A DNA stretch of 63,440 bases, counting the filler. It is 6 parts of 6 records of this genome, joined end to end, with 100 filler letters (N's around TTAATTAATTAA, not from the genome) between each part and the next. Parts side by side here need not be neighbours in the genome. Positions count along the whole stretch, not along the records: positions 1 to 16,102 come from SRR31156797_138; 5 more parts are not named here. The stretch is one strand, 5' to 3'. How positions within the stretch are numbered: the first letter of the stretch is position 1; the number at the start of each line of letters is the position of its first letter. The translations under genes and the position numbers were made by a program. Positions 1 through 9,441 of this stretch are shown piece after piece. The notes under the pieces are model-generated. The model did no database searches, was not told where the DNA came from, and saw only the letters and a list, made by a program, of their open reading frames with translations.

Positions 1-1
1 T

Positions 2-547
2 AAAGAGACAGGAAACCATGTAAAAAGAGTTGCAGAATATTCTAAATTATTTGCTTTGTATTTTGGGTTAGATGAAAAAGAAGCAGAGATGTTGAAACAA
101 GCAAGTCCTATGCATGATATAGGAAAAGTTGCCATTCCTGATTCAGTATTAAATAAGCCAGGTAAATTTAATGAAGAAGAAAGAAAAATAATGGATACTC
201 ATGCTCAACTGGGCTATGATATGCTTAAATATTCAAATAGACCTTTGCTAAAGTGTGCAGCAACTGTGGCATATGAACATCATGAAAAATGGGATGGAAC
301 AGGTTATCCTAGAAAACTAAAAGGTGAAGATATTCATATTTATGGAAGAATTACAGCTATGGCTGATGTTTTCGATGCACTAGGAAGTGATAGATGCTAT
401 AAAAAAGCTTGGGATGATGAAAGAATTTTTAATCTTTTTAAAGAAGAAAAAGGTAAACACTTTGATCCAAAACTTGTGGATATTTTTTTTGAACATCTTG
501 ACGAATTTTTAGAAATAAGAGATACTTTAAAAGATGAATACAAATAG
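2..547 (+). CDS. HD-GYP domain c-di-GMP phosphodiesterase, C-terminal part (5'-truncated)
   Basis: Frame is open from base 2 (KETGNHVKRVAEY). Motifs MHDIGK, HHEKWDGTGYP, ADVFDAL, HFDP. Confidence 0.9.
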   Translation, partial: KETGNHVKRVAEYSKLFALYFGLDEKEAEMLKQASPMHDIGKVAIPDSVLNKPGKFNEEERKIMDTHAQLGYDMLKYSNRPLLKCAATVAYEHHEKWDGTGYPRKLKGEDIHIYGRITAMADVFDALGSDRCYKKAWDDERIFNLFKEEKGKHFDPKLVDIFFEHLDEFLEIRDTLKDEYK

Positions 548-548
548 T

Positions 549-1307
549 TCATACTTTTAAAGTTTTAAACCACAAACTACAAATATTTGAGTATATTTTT
601 ATATAACTAGATAATAATAAAACATACTCTTTTTTTACTCTTTTAAAATAGCTTTTTAATACATAATTTAATAGCTTTTTATCTATATTGAACTCTACGC
701 AAATTGTTGCTAAGTCGAAAAATAAACTGTTTATCCCTGCATATTCCCAATCTATAAAGCTGATTTTTGAGTTAAAAAATATAATATTTTTTGGGTTTAA
801 ATCATGGTGTGTTGTAACAAGATAGTTATCATATCTTTTTATTTTTTTTAATATTCTTTCAGTTTCTAAAATAGTAATTTTTGATTCTTTATCTTTTAAT
901 ATTTTTTTATAGGTTGATAAATCTTTTTCAATCTTATATGCTCTTTGATTTATTTTTATTTTATGTAACTTTTTGATAGTTTTTAAAAGATTTTTTAATT
1001 CAGTTTTTTTTAGAGTTTTTTTATGCTCACCTTTTATAAACTCAGTAATCATAAAACTCTTACTTTTATCTATATATAAAGGTTTTGAAGCAATATTTAT
1101 TTGAGAAGCTTTTTTTTGTATAAAAAACTCAAAATCTCTACTAATATTCACACTACTATTGTCTTTAAATACTCTAATTAGATAGTTGTCTTTATTTGTT
1201 GTAAGTTTATAGTTTATATTACAAAAACCTTGTATCGGTAGCCTTTCAAGACTTTCAAGCTTTTCATTTTTGAATAGTGTAAGCTTTTCAAGTTCTTTGA
1301 TATTCAT
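549..1307 (-). CDS. Choline/aminoglycoside-phosphotransferase-family kinase, probably a thiamine kinase-like partner of PnuC
   Basis: HHDLNPKN and IDWEYA motifs, N-terminal GFCNINY loop. Overlaps the pnuC stop. ATG at 1307 chosen as start. Confidence 0.75.
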   Translation of the reverse strand: MNIKELEKLTLFKNEKLESLERLPIQGFCNINYKLTTNKDNYLIRVFKDNSSVNISRDFEFFIQKKASQINIASKPLYIDKSKSFMITEFIKGEHKKTLKKTELKNLLKTIKKLHKIKINQRAYKIEKDLSTYKKILKDKESKITILETERILKKIKRYDNYLVTTHHDLNPKNIIFFNSKISFIDWEYAGINSLFFDLATICVEFNIDKKLLNYVLKSYFKRVKKEYVLLLSSYIKIYSNICSLWFKTLKV

Positions 1308-1875
1308 AGTCATCTTTCCATTTTTTATAAGCAACAATTGCTAAAATAGTATATATTAAAAACAAAATAGCTGTTAGGTTTAACCCTTTTTGAATATAAA
1401 TATAAATTGAAACACTATCAATAATAATCCAATAAATCCAGTTTTCTATAATCTTTTGGGCTAACATATATGTTGAAAATATTGCATAGACAGTCGTAAA
1501 TGAGTCAATGTATGCAAAGTCAGCATTTGTATAGTTATCCATAAAAAAACCTAAAATACTTGAGACAAGAGCCAGAATTAGTATAATTTTTATATTTTTA
1601 AATAATCCATAAGAAGAGATTTCTAACTCTTTTGTTTTAGTTTTATTTCCGTATTTCCATACATACCAACCGTAAATAGCCATTATTAAATAGTAGACAT
1701 TTAAAGCACTATCCATTAACAAAGAAACATCAAAAAATATTATTGAATAAATCAATGTAGAAAAAAAAGCAGCAATCCAACACCATAAATTTTGTTTGAT
1801 GGCTAAAAGTAAATAAGCTATAGCTAGAATCATAGCTATAGCTTCCCATGTTGTCATTAACTTAAATGACTCCAA
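1288..1875 (-). CDS. pnuC: PnuC-family vitamin transporter (nicotinamide riboside/thiamine)
   Basis: Multi-TM protein with YGWYVW, DSFTT and KIIENWIYWIIID motifs. The start may lie further upstream (ATA). Confidence 0.85.
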   Translation of the reverse strand: MESFKLMTTWEAIAMILAIAYLLLAIKQNLWCWIAAFFSTLIYSIIFFDVSLLMDSALNVYYLIMAIYGWYVWKYGNKTKTKELEISSYGLFKNIKIILILALVSSILGFFMDNYTNADFAYIDSFTTVYAIFSTYMLAQKIIENWIYWIIIDSVSIYIYIQKGLNLTAILFLIYTILAIVAYKKWKDDYEYQRT

Positions 1876-1908
1876 AACAGTGCTTAAAAAGTTTTCTATT
1901 ATTCGTCC

Positions 1909-2460
1909 TTATTTACCTAAAAGTTCAATAATTTTTGGTTCTATATCTTTAGGTTCTGTAACTGAACCATATCTTTCAATAATTTTACCATTTTTATCTA
2001 TTAAGAATTTTGTGAAGTTCCATTTAATAGCTTCTGTTCCTAAAACTCCAGGAGAATTACTTTTTAGATATTTGTATAATGGTATTGTATCATCACCGTT
2101 TACATCAACTTTTGAAAACATATCAAAGTTTACTCCATATGTAAGGCTACAAAACTCTTTTATCTCTTTATTTGTGCCTGGCTCTTGATTGGCAAACTGA
2201 TTTGAAGGGAAACCTAAAATCATAAAATCTTCATTTTTATACTTTTCAAAAAGATTTTCTAAACCTTCATATTGACCTGTAAACCCGCATTTACTTGCTA
2301 CATTTACTATCAATAAAACTTTGTCTTTGTATTTAGACATCGATACCTCTTTACCATCAATATCTTTAACAATAAAATCATATATACTCATAGAACTCTC
2401 CTTTGCAAAAATAGATGAAGTGAAAAATAAAAATATAAGAAAGATTTTTTTCAGTGTCAT
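1909..2460 (-). CDS. Glutathione peroxidase family protein with signal peptide
   Basis: NVASKCGFT, LGFPSNQF and IKWNFTKFL motifs. Confidence 0.93.
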   Translation of the reverse strand: MTLKKIFLIFLFFTSSIFAKESSMSIYDFIVKDIDGKEVSMSKYKDKVLLIVNVASKCGFTGQYEGLENLFEKYKNEDFMILGFPSNQFANQEPGTNKEIKEFCSLTYGVNFDMFSKVDVNGDDTIPLYKYLKSNSPGVLGTEAIKWNFTKFLIDKNGKIIERYGSVTEPKDIEPKIIELLGK

Positions 2461-2552
2461 TTTAAATCCTTTTTTATAGTTTATTATAAAAAAGGATAAA
2501 TTTGTATATATTTAAAATCGATTGGTAAAGTTTAAGTCAAATTAAATAAAAA

Positions 2553-2708
2553 CTATTTGTTTTTATAAAAAGGAGAGTTGGGATTCATAGTATCTAAAAC
2601 AGCACCTCTCATACTTTGCTCTCTATCTTGTTCATGTTGTTTTTGAATAAGATATCTTCCACCAAAAAATACTATAAGAACAATTATCATAGCTACTGTT
2701 TTATTCAT
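2553..2708 (-). CDS. 51-aa single-TM small protein (MNKTVAMIIVLIVFFGGRYLIQKQHEQDREQSMRGAVLDTMNPNSPFYKNK), not in the ORF track
   Basis: Translated by hand. Its ATG overlaps the upstream gene's TGA (ATGA coupling at 2705-2708). Hydrophobic N-terminus. Confidence 0.7.
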   Translation of the reverse strand: MNKTVAMIIVLIVFFGGRYLIQKQHEQDREQSMRGAVLDTMNPNSPFYKNK

Positions 2709-3511
2709 AGTCCTAAATCCCCTTTGAATTTGATAGGAAAATCATCAGAAGTTAGTTGAAGTTTATAGCCTTTTTTTATGGTTTCTACTGGGATATTCCA
2801 ATCATCTTTTAAAAGACTAAGTACAGATGATTTAGTATATTTTGTATTGATAACTGCAATTGCATAGGCTGAAGCTTTTATGTCGTCTTTTAATCCATTG
2901 TGATAAAAACTTGCTATATTTTGATAAGATTCTAGATTTCCTTTTTCTATAGCTTTTTTGAAATATTTTTCTGCATTTTCATAATCTTTATTATCATAGT
3001 AAACTGAACCTAAATTACTTAGTGCCATTAAATCATTTGTATCTTCAAAAGATTTTTTATAATATGTAAGAGACTTATCATAATCTTTGTTTAGCTCATA
3101 AACTTTTCCTAATCTAAATAATGCATCTTTACTTCCCATATCAATGGCATTCTCACACCATTCTATCGCTTCTTTATATTGTTTTAGTTGTTGATAAGCA
3201 TAACAAGCATAATTAGAAGTTTCAGGAAGAGGTTTCATAGAATTTGAGTATTTATACCATTCTATAGCTTTTTCATAGTCATTTAATTTTTCTGAATAGG
3301 CATAACCTATATTTGTTGCTGCCATTGGGTCTTTTTTTGCTGAGATATAATCACTAAGTTTGTAGAATTTCCCTACATCATTTTCTTTAACATTTGGCAT
3401 TGGAAGTTTGGGCGTAAATTTTACTTCTTTTTCATTCTTGGAATCATCACATGAAGTAAGTGATATAAGTATACAAATAATTAAAGATATTTTTAATATT
3501 ATTTTTGTCAT
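2705..3511 (-). CDS. Sel1/TPR-repeat lipoprotein, candidate T6SS immunity protein
   Basis: Lipobox LTSC after a hydrophobic signal. Repeated A..NLG..Y....DY.KA..Y..KA helices. Directly downstream of the effector. Confidence 0.75.
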   Translation of the reverse strand: MTKIILKISLIICILISLTSCDDSKNEKEVKFTPKLPMPNVKENDVGKFYKLSDYISAKKDPMAATNIGYAYSEKLNDYEKAIEWYKYSNSMKPLPETSNYACYAYQQLKQYKEAIEWCENAIDMGSKDALFRLGKVYELNKDYDKSLTYYKKSFEDTNDLMALSNLGSVYYDNKDYENAEKYFKKAIEKGNLESYQNIASFYHNGLKDDIKASAYAIAVINTKYTKSSVLSLLKDDWNIPVETIKKGYKLQLTSDDFPIKFKGDLGL

Positions 3512-6500
3512 TTAATTTTCCTCTTCTTCTATATATTGTTCTAAATTTTTCGTATCTTTTGGACTGAAACTTGTTTGCTCAAATCCAATTGCATCTAAAT
3601 ATACTAATTCTCTATAATCATAAATAAATTCATATTTTAATTCTACTAATGATGATAAAATTATAATTGAGACTTTTTTATGATTTATATTTTCTATCTC
3701 ATTTAATGTAGTGTAATCTTGATAAAATAAATCAAATATAAATTGACCATTTTCTTCATAAAATAATCCAGATTTTTTACTAATAAGTGAATATTTATTA
3801 TCTATACTGATTATAAATTTAAAGTCTTCATTATCTAAGATGATTTTAGGAATCTTTACAAAAGTATTCTGCCATAATTGAACATCATTACCATAAATAT
3901 TTTTAAGTTTTTTACCTTTTCTTCTATCAAGTAGTTCTAATTTATATCCATAAATAGAAGCTTTTAAGAAGCTAAGCTCATTGTTTAGCGCTGTATCAAA
4001 AAAGTTTTCTTTCACTTTATAGTTTTTACCTATAAATTCTATCAATTTTTTATAGTCATTAAACCCATCATCTGAAATAGCTTTTAACTCATCATCTTTA
4101 TTTGTTGTTTCAAATAGATAATATGCTTGGTATTTTTTACTTTGTTCTTTGTCAAATAAGGCTTTAAATACTGAAAAATCAATAGTTTTATAAAGAAGTG
4201 ATTTTTTAAGATATATATCCACATCACTGTCGATAATTTCATTTAATATAATACCTGTAATAATAGTTAATAATACACCTGTTACAAAAGCAGGTAAAGT
4301 TGGCGTACAAATAAGAAGTGCAATATTTAATCCTGTTGCTAATGTTGTGACAGCTAAAGCATCATAATCTTCTCTTTTATATAAATTAACACTATCAAAA
4401 AGTGTTGTTACAACTATTGATATGATTGAGAGTTTTTTCAGCATAGTATTTTCAGCATATGTAAGTAGTTTTTGACTTGAAAGACTTATCTCTTTTACAG
4501 CTTTTGCACTAAGATAGTTTCTTAAAACTTCTAAAGGCATTTTAGGATTTTTTTCTATAAATCCACCTACCATCACACTTATATTTGCCATATCATTTAT
4601 AAAACCTATATGTGATTTTATTGTTTTTTTCTCATCATTAAAAAATAGATAGTCTGCTGCACTTGCATACACTAGAATATTTGAGAATACTTTGAGTCCA
4701 TTATTTATTCTAAAAATTGTTTTTTGTGATAAACTTAAATCTCTATCTTGTGATGTCTTATCTTTTATTTCAGATAATAATTTCTCAAGTCCTGAAGTAA
4801 TCCCTTCAATATTTTTAATAGTTTCATAAAGTTCTCTTTCTTTTGATTTTAAATTTTGAGGAAGACCTGTAACTGAGTTATATTTATCTTCATTTTCTTT
4901 TAATAGTTTTTGATTTTCATCTTTTTTTGCAAAAAGTTTTAAAAATTCTAAACCTTTTGGATTTTTATTTTCTGGAAAAAATACACTATTAAGTAAAAGT
5001 TTTACTAGCATATCACTGTAGTTATTTGCTATTTGATACTCTTTATTTAGAGTATCTTTTTCTTCATCAGAAAGATTTATTCTTTTATTTGTCAAATCAA
5101 CTACAAAATCATATATATGTGTAAGAGAAGAGCTAAAAAAAGAGGTTTTATCAGTTTCTTCATCTAAATAAATTCTTGGAGTTGATAACATATAAGCTAT
5201 ATTCATAGCAGATACAACATAATTGAAGCTATTTGTATCTTTTATATTTTTATAGATATTTAAAACTTCAATTAGTTTTGAATCATTTAGTTTAGATACT
5301 ATTTTAGTTAAGATTTCTTTAGGAGATTCAAATTCTTTTTCTTTTTTATAGTATTTTAGTGTTTTATCATAGTATAAATATTTTGTTTTAAATTTAACAC
5401 TATCTCCATATTGTTCAAAAGATTTTATTTTTTTTGTATGGTCTAGATTCTCATACTCTTTTAAATAGTTGTCTTTATATTCTTCCAATGCACCAATTGT
5501 GTCCCAATATACTGAAGAGTTTACTCTTACTGCATTTTGGACATCTTCTATACTATCATCACTAATATTTGGTAATGGTGCAATAGATTTCAAATGTACT
5601 AAAAATTTATCTCTTAGACTATCTATTTTACTATAGTTATCTAACTTTTTTAAATCTTCTTCAAACTCTTCACTAAAATAAAGTGAAAACATTAGATAAG
5701 CTAAAACTTGTCTAGCATCATCTTTTATTTTTGTAAAAGCTTGGTTGGAACTGTTAAATACAAACTGTTTATACCCATATCCTACATGTTTACTTTGTCC
5801 AGTTACAGCTTTTGTCATATAGATAAACTTTTGATTATTTGCAGTAGTTTTAAAATATCTTTTTGTAATCATCGCATTTTTAAGATTCTCTTTTCTTTTA
5901 GAATCATTTTTATCTTCAAAAAAATCACTTTTTATGATATTGATTTGTTGTATGTATGAAGCAGAAACTTTATTTACATCTTTATCTAGTATTTTTGATA
6001 TATCATTTGTATCTTTGAAAAACATTTCTAAGAGTGAGTCATCACTTAAAAGTAATCCAACTAATTTGTTATAAAGACTTTTTAGTTTTTCTGTATCTTC
6101 TTTGTATATCTTCTCTTCATCTTTTGAAACATAAAAGTAATCTACAAGATTTGCAATAGTATAAGGATATTTATTTCTCTCTTTTATGTCTTCTATTATG
6201 TCATGGTTTTTTCTATATGCAACTTTGTATCTAGTGTGGTATTCAAAATACAAATCCTCAATTTCTGCAAGGATATCATCTATAATACAAACTATATTTT
6301 TATTTTCACTATTTAATGTATCTCTTTTTTTGTTTTTAATATCTTCTTTTGTCAGTTCTCTTAAATTTATATCATCAAGTTCTTTTATGTAAAAGGTATT
6401 GTTTCCATCTACAGATTCAGGGGTAAATGAAACTTTTTTTAATAGTTGAATATCTGTTTCATCATTTAACTGGATATTACTATAAGCAATATCAACTTTA

Positions 6501-7204
6501 GTGTTTTCAAAAATTGGGATAGTTTGTGAAATTATTTTTGTTTCATTATTATAGAAAAATATATCTTTTAGTTCTTCTTCATATATATTTCCTTTTGAAA
6601 ATACTTGATATTCTGTTAGTTCTTTATTTTGTGTGATATAAATATATGCATAAGTATGTGAGTGAATTGATGTGTCATTAAACTCATCTAAAGCATCTGT
6701 TTGATGTGTTTCAATAGAGTCTCTAAAAGCTCTTGTTGGTCTAATAGGTTTATATATATCTTGATATTTTCTTAAAAAGCTTAGATGATATTTAATCTCT
6801 TTTTCAAGTATATTTGTTAGATATTCTTCTCTTATTGTTTTTTCTTCTGGGTAAGTAACTTGATTCTCTAAACTTGGTATACTAGAAATTCTTGAGGTTC
6901 CTTGACCTGGGTCTTTTAATAGTACAGCTCTTCCTTTATCTGTTTTAAATCCATCAGTTCTTAAAAGGTAAGTTAATCCTGTTGCTGAGACATTTACTTC
7001 TGTTCCTGCAGTTGAGATACTTGATACTTTTGTACAAGGGTTTTTACTTCTAGGACAAGCTACTTGTGCTCCTAATATATCTTTTAGATATAGAGGTTTT
7101 GCTCCTGCAATTTTTAAGTTTGGTACAGTTGATGTAAGACTTACTTTTCCTCCGCAAGCACATTGAATTGTTGCGGCTTCTATTACATTTAATTCATTAC
7201 CCAT
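3512..7204 (-). CDS. Putative T6SS specialized effector: N-terminal PAAR-like (DUF4280-like) domain, MIX/VasX-like region, C-terminal hydrophobic helices
   Basis: N-terminal AATIQCACGG...CPRSKNPC...LLKDPGQ; YAYIYI..EYQV..G, IAYSNIQL and IDDILAEIEDL motifs; TM-like C-terminal stretches; divergent from tssA. ATG at 7204. Confidence 0.7.
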   Translation of the reverse strand: MGNELNVIEAATIQCACGGKVSLTSTVPNLKIAGAKPLYLKDILGAQVACPRSKNPCTKVSSISTAGTEVNVSATGLTYLLRTDGFKTDKGRAVLLKDPGQGTSRISSIPSLENQVTYPEEKTIREEYLTNILEKEIKYHLSFLRKYQDIYKPIRPTRAFRDSIETHQTDALDEFNDTSIHSHTYAYIYITQNKELTEYQVFSKGNIYEEELKDIFFYNNETKIISQTIPIFENTKVDIAYSNIQLNDETDIQLLKKVSFTPESVDGNNTFYIKELDDINLRELTKEDIKNKKRDTLNSENKNIVCIIDDILAEIEDLYFEYHTRYKVAYRKNHDIIEDIKERNKYPYTIANLVDYFYVSKDEEKIYKEDTEKLKSLYNKLVGLLLSDDSLLEMFFKDTNDISKILDKDVNKVSASYIQQINIIKSDFFEDKNDSKRKENLKNAMITKRYFKTTANNQKFIYMTKAVTGQSKHVGYGYKQFVFNSSNQAFTKIKDDARQVLAYLMFSLYFSEEFEEDLKKLDNYSKIDSLRDKFLVHLKSIAPLPNISDDSIEDVQNAVRVNSSVYWDTIGALEEYKDNYLKEYENLDHTKKIKSFEQYGDSVKFKTKYLYYDKTLKYYKKEKEFESPKEILTKIVSKLNDSKLIEVLNIYKNIKDTNSFNYVVSAMNIAYMLSTPRIYLDEETDKTSFFSSSLTHIYDFVVDLTNKRINLSDEEKDTLNKEYQIANNYSDMLVKLLLNSVFFPENKNPKGLEFLKLFAKKDENQKLLKENEDKYNSVTGLPQNLKSKERELYETIKNIEGITSGLEKLLSEIKDKTSQDRDLSLSQKTIFRINNGLKVFSNILVYASAADYLFFNDEKKTIKSHIGFINDMANISVMVGGFIEKNPKMPLEVLRNYLSAKAVKEISLSSQKLLTYAENTMLKKLSIISIVVTTLFDSVNLYKREDYDALAVTTLATGLNIALLICTPTLPAFVTGVLLTIITGIILNEIIDSDVDIYLKKSLLYKTIDFSVFKALFDKEQSKKYQAYYLFETTNKDDELKAISDDGFNDYKKLIEFIGKNYKVKENFFDTALNNELSFLKASIYGYKLELLDRRKGKKLKNIYGNDVQLWQNTFVKIPKIILDNEDFKFIISIDNKYSLISKKSGLFYEENGQFIFDLFYQDYTTLNEIENINHKKVSIIILSSLVELKYEFIYDYRELVYLDAIGFEQTSFSPKDTKNLEQYIEEEEN

Positions 7205-7427
7205 TTTTAAATCCAAATTTTGTTTGGGTAATAGTACAAAAAAATAATTTAAAATTAAATTATATTATTGATAAAATATAAGCAAATTAATTATTCTTTA
7301 AAAATAAGATTAAAATACATTAAAAAATAAAATTTTAAAATATAAATTAATAATAATTTTATACACTTTAAAGTTTTCTATGGATAAAATACTCGACTAA
7401 ATTATTTAATTTAAAGGTTGATTTATT

Positions 7428-8933
7428 TTGAGTGCATTATTTTTAAGTGAATTCAAGGCTCCAAAAATTTGTGGAGATGATTGCAAATATGATGATTCTT
7501 TTCTACTTATTGAACAAGAGATTGATAAAGGTTATAGTGTTACTCAAGATTCGACAGACTGGAGCTTTGTAACTACTTCTTGTGAAGAACTTTTGGAAAA
7601 TAAAACAAAAGATTTAAAGCTTGTTTCATGGTGGCTTTTTTCAAATTGGAAAAAGAATGAATGGATAGATTTTGATAACAAAATTGAAATCTATATAGAT
7701 TTTTTGGAAAAATTTAGTTTATCTTTATATCCTAAGTCTGAAAAGGCTAAAAAGAATATTTTTAACTGGTTAAATGATTCTTTAGTAAATGAAATTATTG
7801 CTTTAAATAAATCAAAAAATTTGAATTATAATCATTCTAGATATTATGAATTATTTAAAAAACTCGATTTGACTATCAAAAGTCTACTTCAAAATGAAGA
7901 TGATAATTTTAAGAAAATAGTATCTTTTTTAAAACCATTTTTCGATGATGAACAAGAGAAACAAAAAGAAAAAACACAAGTATCAGAAAAAAAAGCAAAT
8001 CCTGAACACTCAGTCCCTCAAGTTGAAATTAATGAAATTGCTAGCGATGCAGATGCAAATAAATTATTAAGTCAAGTAAAAAAGCTATCTTCTTTATTAT
8101 CAAGTTTTTATAGAAGTAAAGATTTCGCAGACTTAAAAGCATTAAGAATTAGTAACTTTTTATCTTGGTTAGAAACTGATGGTTTACCTTTTGCGGAAGG
8201 TAAAACTACATTTTTATACCCTCCTGCTGAGTTAGAAATAGATGAGATTAATGACTTATTAAAAGAGGAAAAATATAAAGAAGCAGTTTGTTTGATAGAG
8301 GAAATAATTGAGGTTTCTCCTTTTTGGTTTGATGGACATCTTCAGCTATTTGAGATTTATGAAAAAACAAATAATCAATCTCAAGCTATAGAGGTAAAAA
8401 ATGCACTTCTTTCTTTTATTAAAACCAATGAAGGTATTCTTGATTTTTATTTCAATGATAAAACTGCCTTTGCATCAAATAGAGTAAAAAAGTGGATTAA
8501 AAAAGAGTTATCCCAAAGTTCTTCTTTTGTAGATGAAGAACCAGAAGAAAGTGAATTATCAACTGAAATTGCCGTTGAAAGAATATATGAACTTGCAAAT
8601 AAAGGTGAAATAAAGAAGGCAATGCAAGAACTTTCTGATGCTTACAAAAGTTCAAAAAGTATGGAAGAAAAATTTAATTGGAGGTTGAACCATGCGCAGC
8701 TTGCTGTTGAGTTTGGTAAAAAAGATATTGCATTGGCATTATTTGAAGACTTATTACTTTTAATAGAAAAATTTAATCTTGATGAATGGAATCCATCTTT
8801 AGTTTCAAGAGTTTATTCAACAGTATTAAACTCTTTTACAAATATGGATATGGAACCAGAAAGATTAGAAAATATTTATAAAAAGTTATGTAAGGCTGAT
8901 ATAAATAGTGCCTTTGAAATTGAATTAAAATAG
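7428..8933 (+). CDS. tssA: Type VI secretion protein TssA (ImpA_N plus VasJ-like region)
   Basis: GDDCKYDDSF..IEQEI, DW..V...C..LL..KTKDLKL, PFWFDG and LDEWNPSL motifs. First gene of the T6SS operon. Confidence 0.88.
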   Translation: MSALFLSEFKAPKICGDDCKYDDSFLLIEQEIDKGYSVTQDSTDWSFVTTSCEELLENKTKDLKLVSWWLFSNWKKNEWIDFDNKIEIYIDFLEKFSLSLYPKSEKAKKNIFNWLNDSLVNEIIALNKSKNLNYNHSRYYELFKKLDLTIKSLLQNEDDNFKKIVSFLKPFFDDEQEKQKEKTQVSEKKANPEHSVPQVEINEIASDADANKLLSQVKKLSSLLSSFYRSKDFADLKALRISNFLSWLETDGLPFAEGKTTFLYPPAELEIDEINDLLKEEKYKEAVCLIEEIIEVSPFWFDGHLQLFEIYEKTNNQSQAIEVKNALLSFIKTNEGILDFYFNDKTAFASNRVKKWIKKELSQSSSFVDEEPEESELSTEIAVERIYELANKGEIKKAMQELSDAYKSSKSMEEKFNWRLNHAQLAVEFGKKDIALALFEDLLLLIEKFNLDEWNPSLVSRVYSTVLNSFTNMDMEPERLENIYKKLCKADINSAFEIELK

Positions 8934-8941
8934 GAGAAAAA

Positions 8942-9430
8942 ATGGAAAAACAATCAGAATCACCAAAAGAAAGAATAAATGTCACATATAGACCTGCTAC
9001 AGGTGATGTTCAAGAGGATGTAGAGATACCGTATAAACTTACAATTCTTGGTGAGTACAACCCAGATGAAGAAAAAGTTTCAGTTGAAGAAAAAAGAGCT
9101 GTCAAAATTGATAAAAACAATTTTAATGATGTTTTAAAAGCTCAAAATTTATCTTTAAACTTTAATGTTGATAATAAACTTGTTGAAGATGAAGATGCAT
9201 CTTTAAATGTAAACTTGAAAATCAATGGAGTTAAAGATTTTTCTCCAGAAAGAATTGTTGAAAGTGTACCTGAAATGAAAGTTTTAATGCAATTAAGACA
9301 ATCTCTTATGGCACTTAAAGGTCCATTAGGAAATGTTCCAGCATTTAGAAAAGCTATAGAAGAAGCAATTTCTAATAAAGAAGAAAGAGACAAGCTTATG
9401 TCTGAACTAAGCTTGAGTACAAAAGAATAA
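8942..9430 (+). CDS. tssB: T6SS contractile sheath small subunit
   Basis: PKERINVTY, DFSPE.IV..VPE and LKGPLGNVPAFR motifs. Confidence 0.95.
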   Translation: MEKQSESPKERINVTYRPATGDVQEDVEIPYKLTILGEYNPDEEKVSVEEKRAVKIDKNNFNDVLKAQNLSLNFNVDNKLVEDEDASLNVNLKINGVKDFSPERIVESVPEMKVLMQLRQSLMALKGPLGNVPAFRKAIEEAISNKEERDKLMSELSLSTKE

Positions 9431-9441
9431 AAGGAAAAAAG

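Noticed and set aside
1880-2188. Short antisense/overlapping ORFs in the track (e.g. 1880-2188, 5708-5959, 9142-9462, 11752-12099, 28856-29236, 62630-62947)
   Set aside because: They are shadows of well-supported genes on the other strand or frame and have no recognisable motifs.
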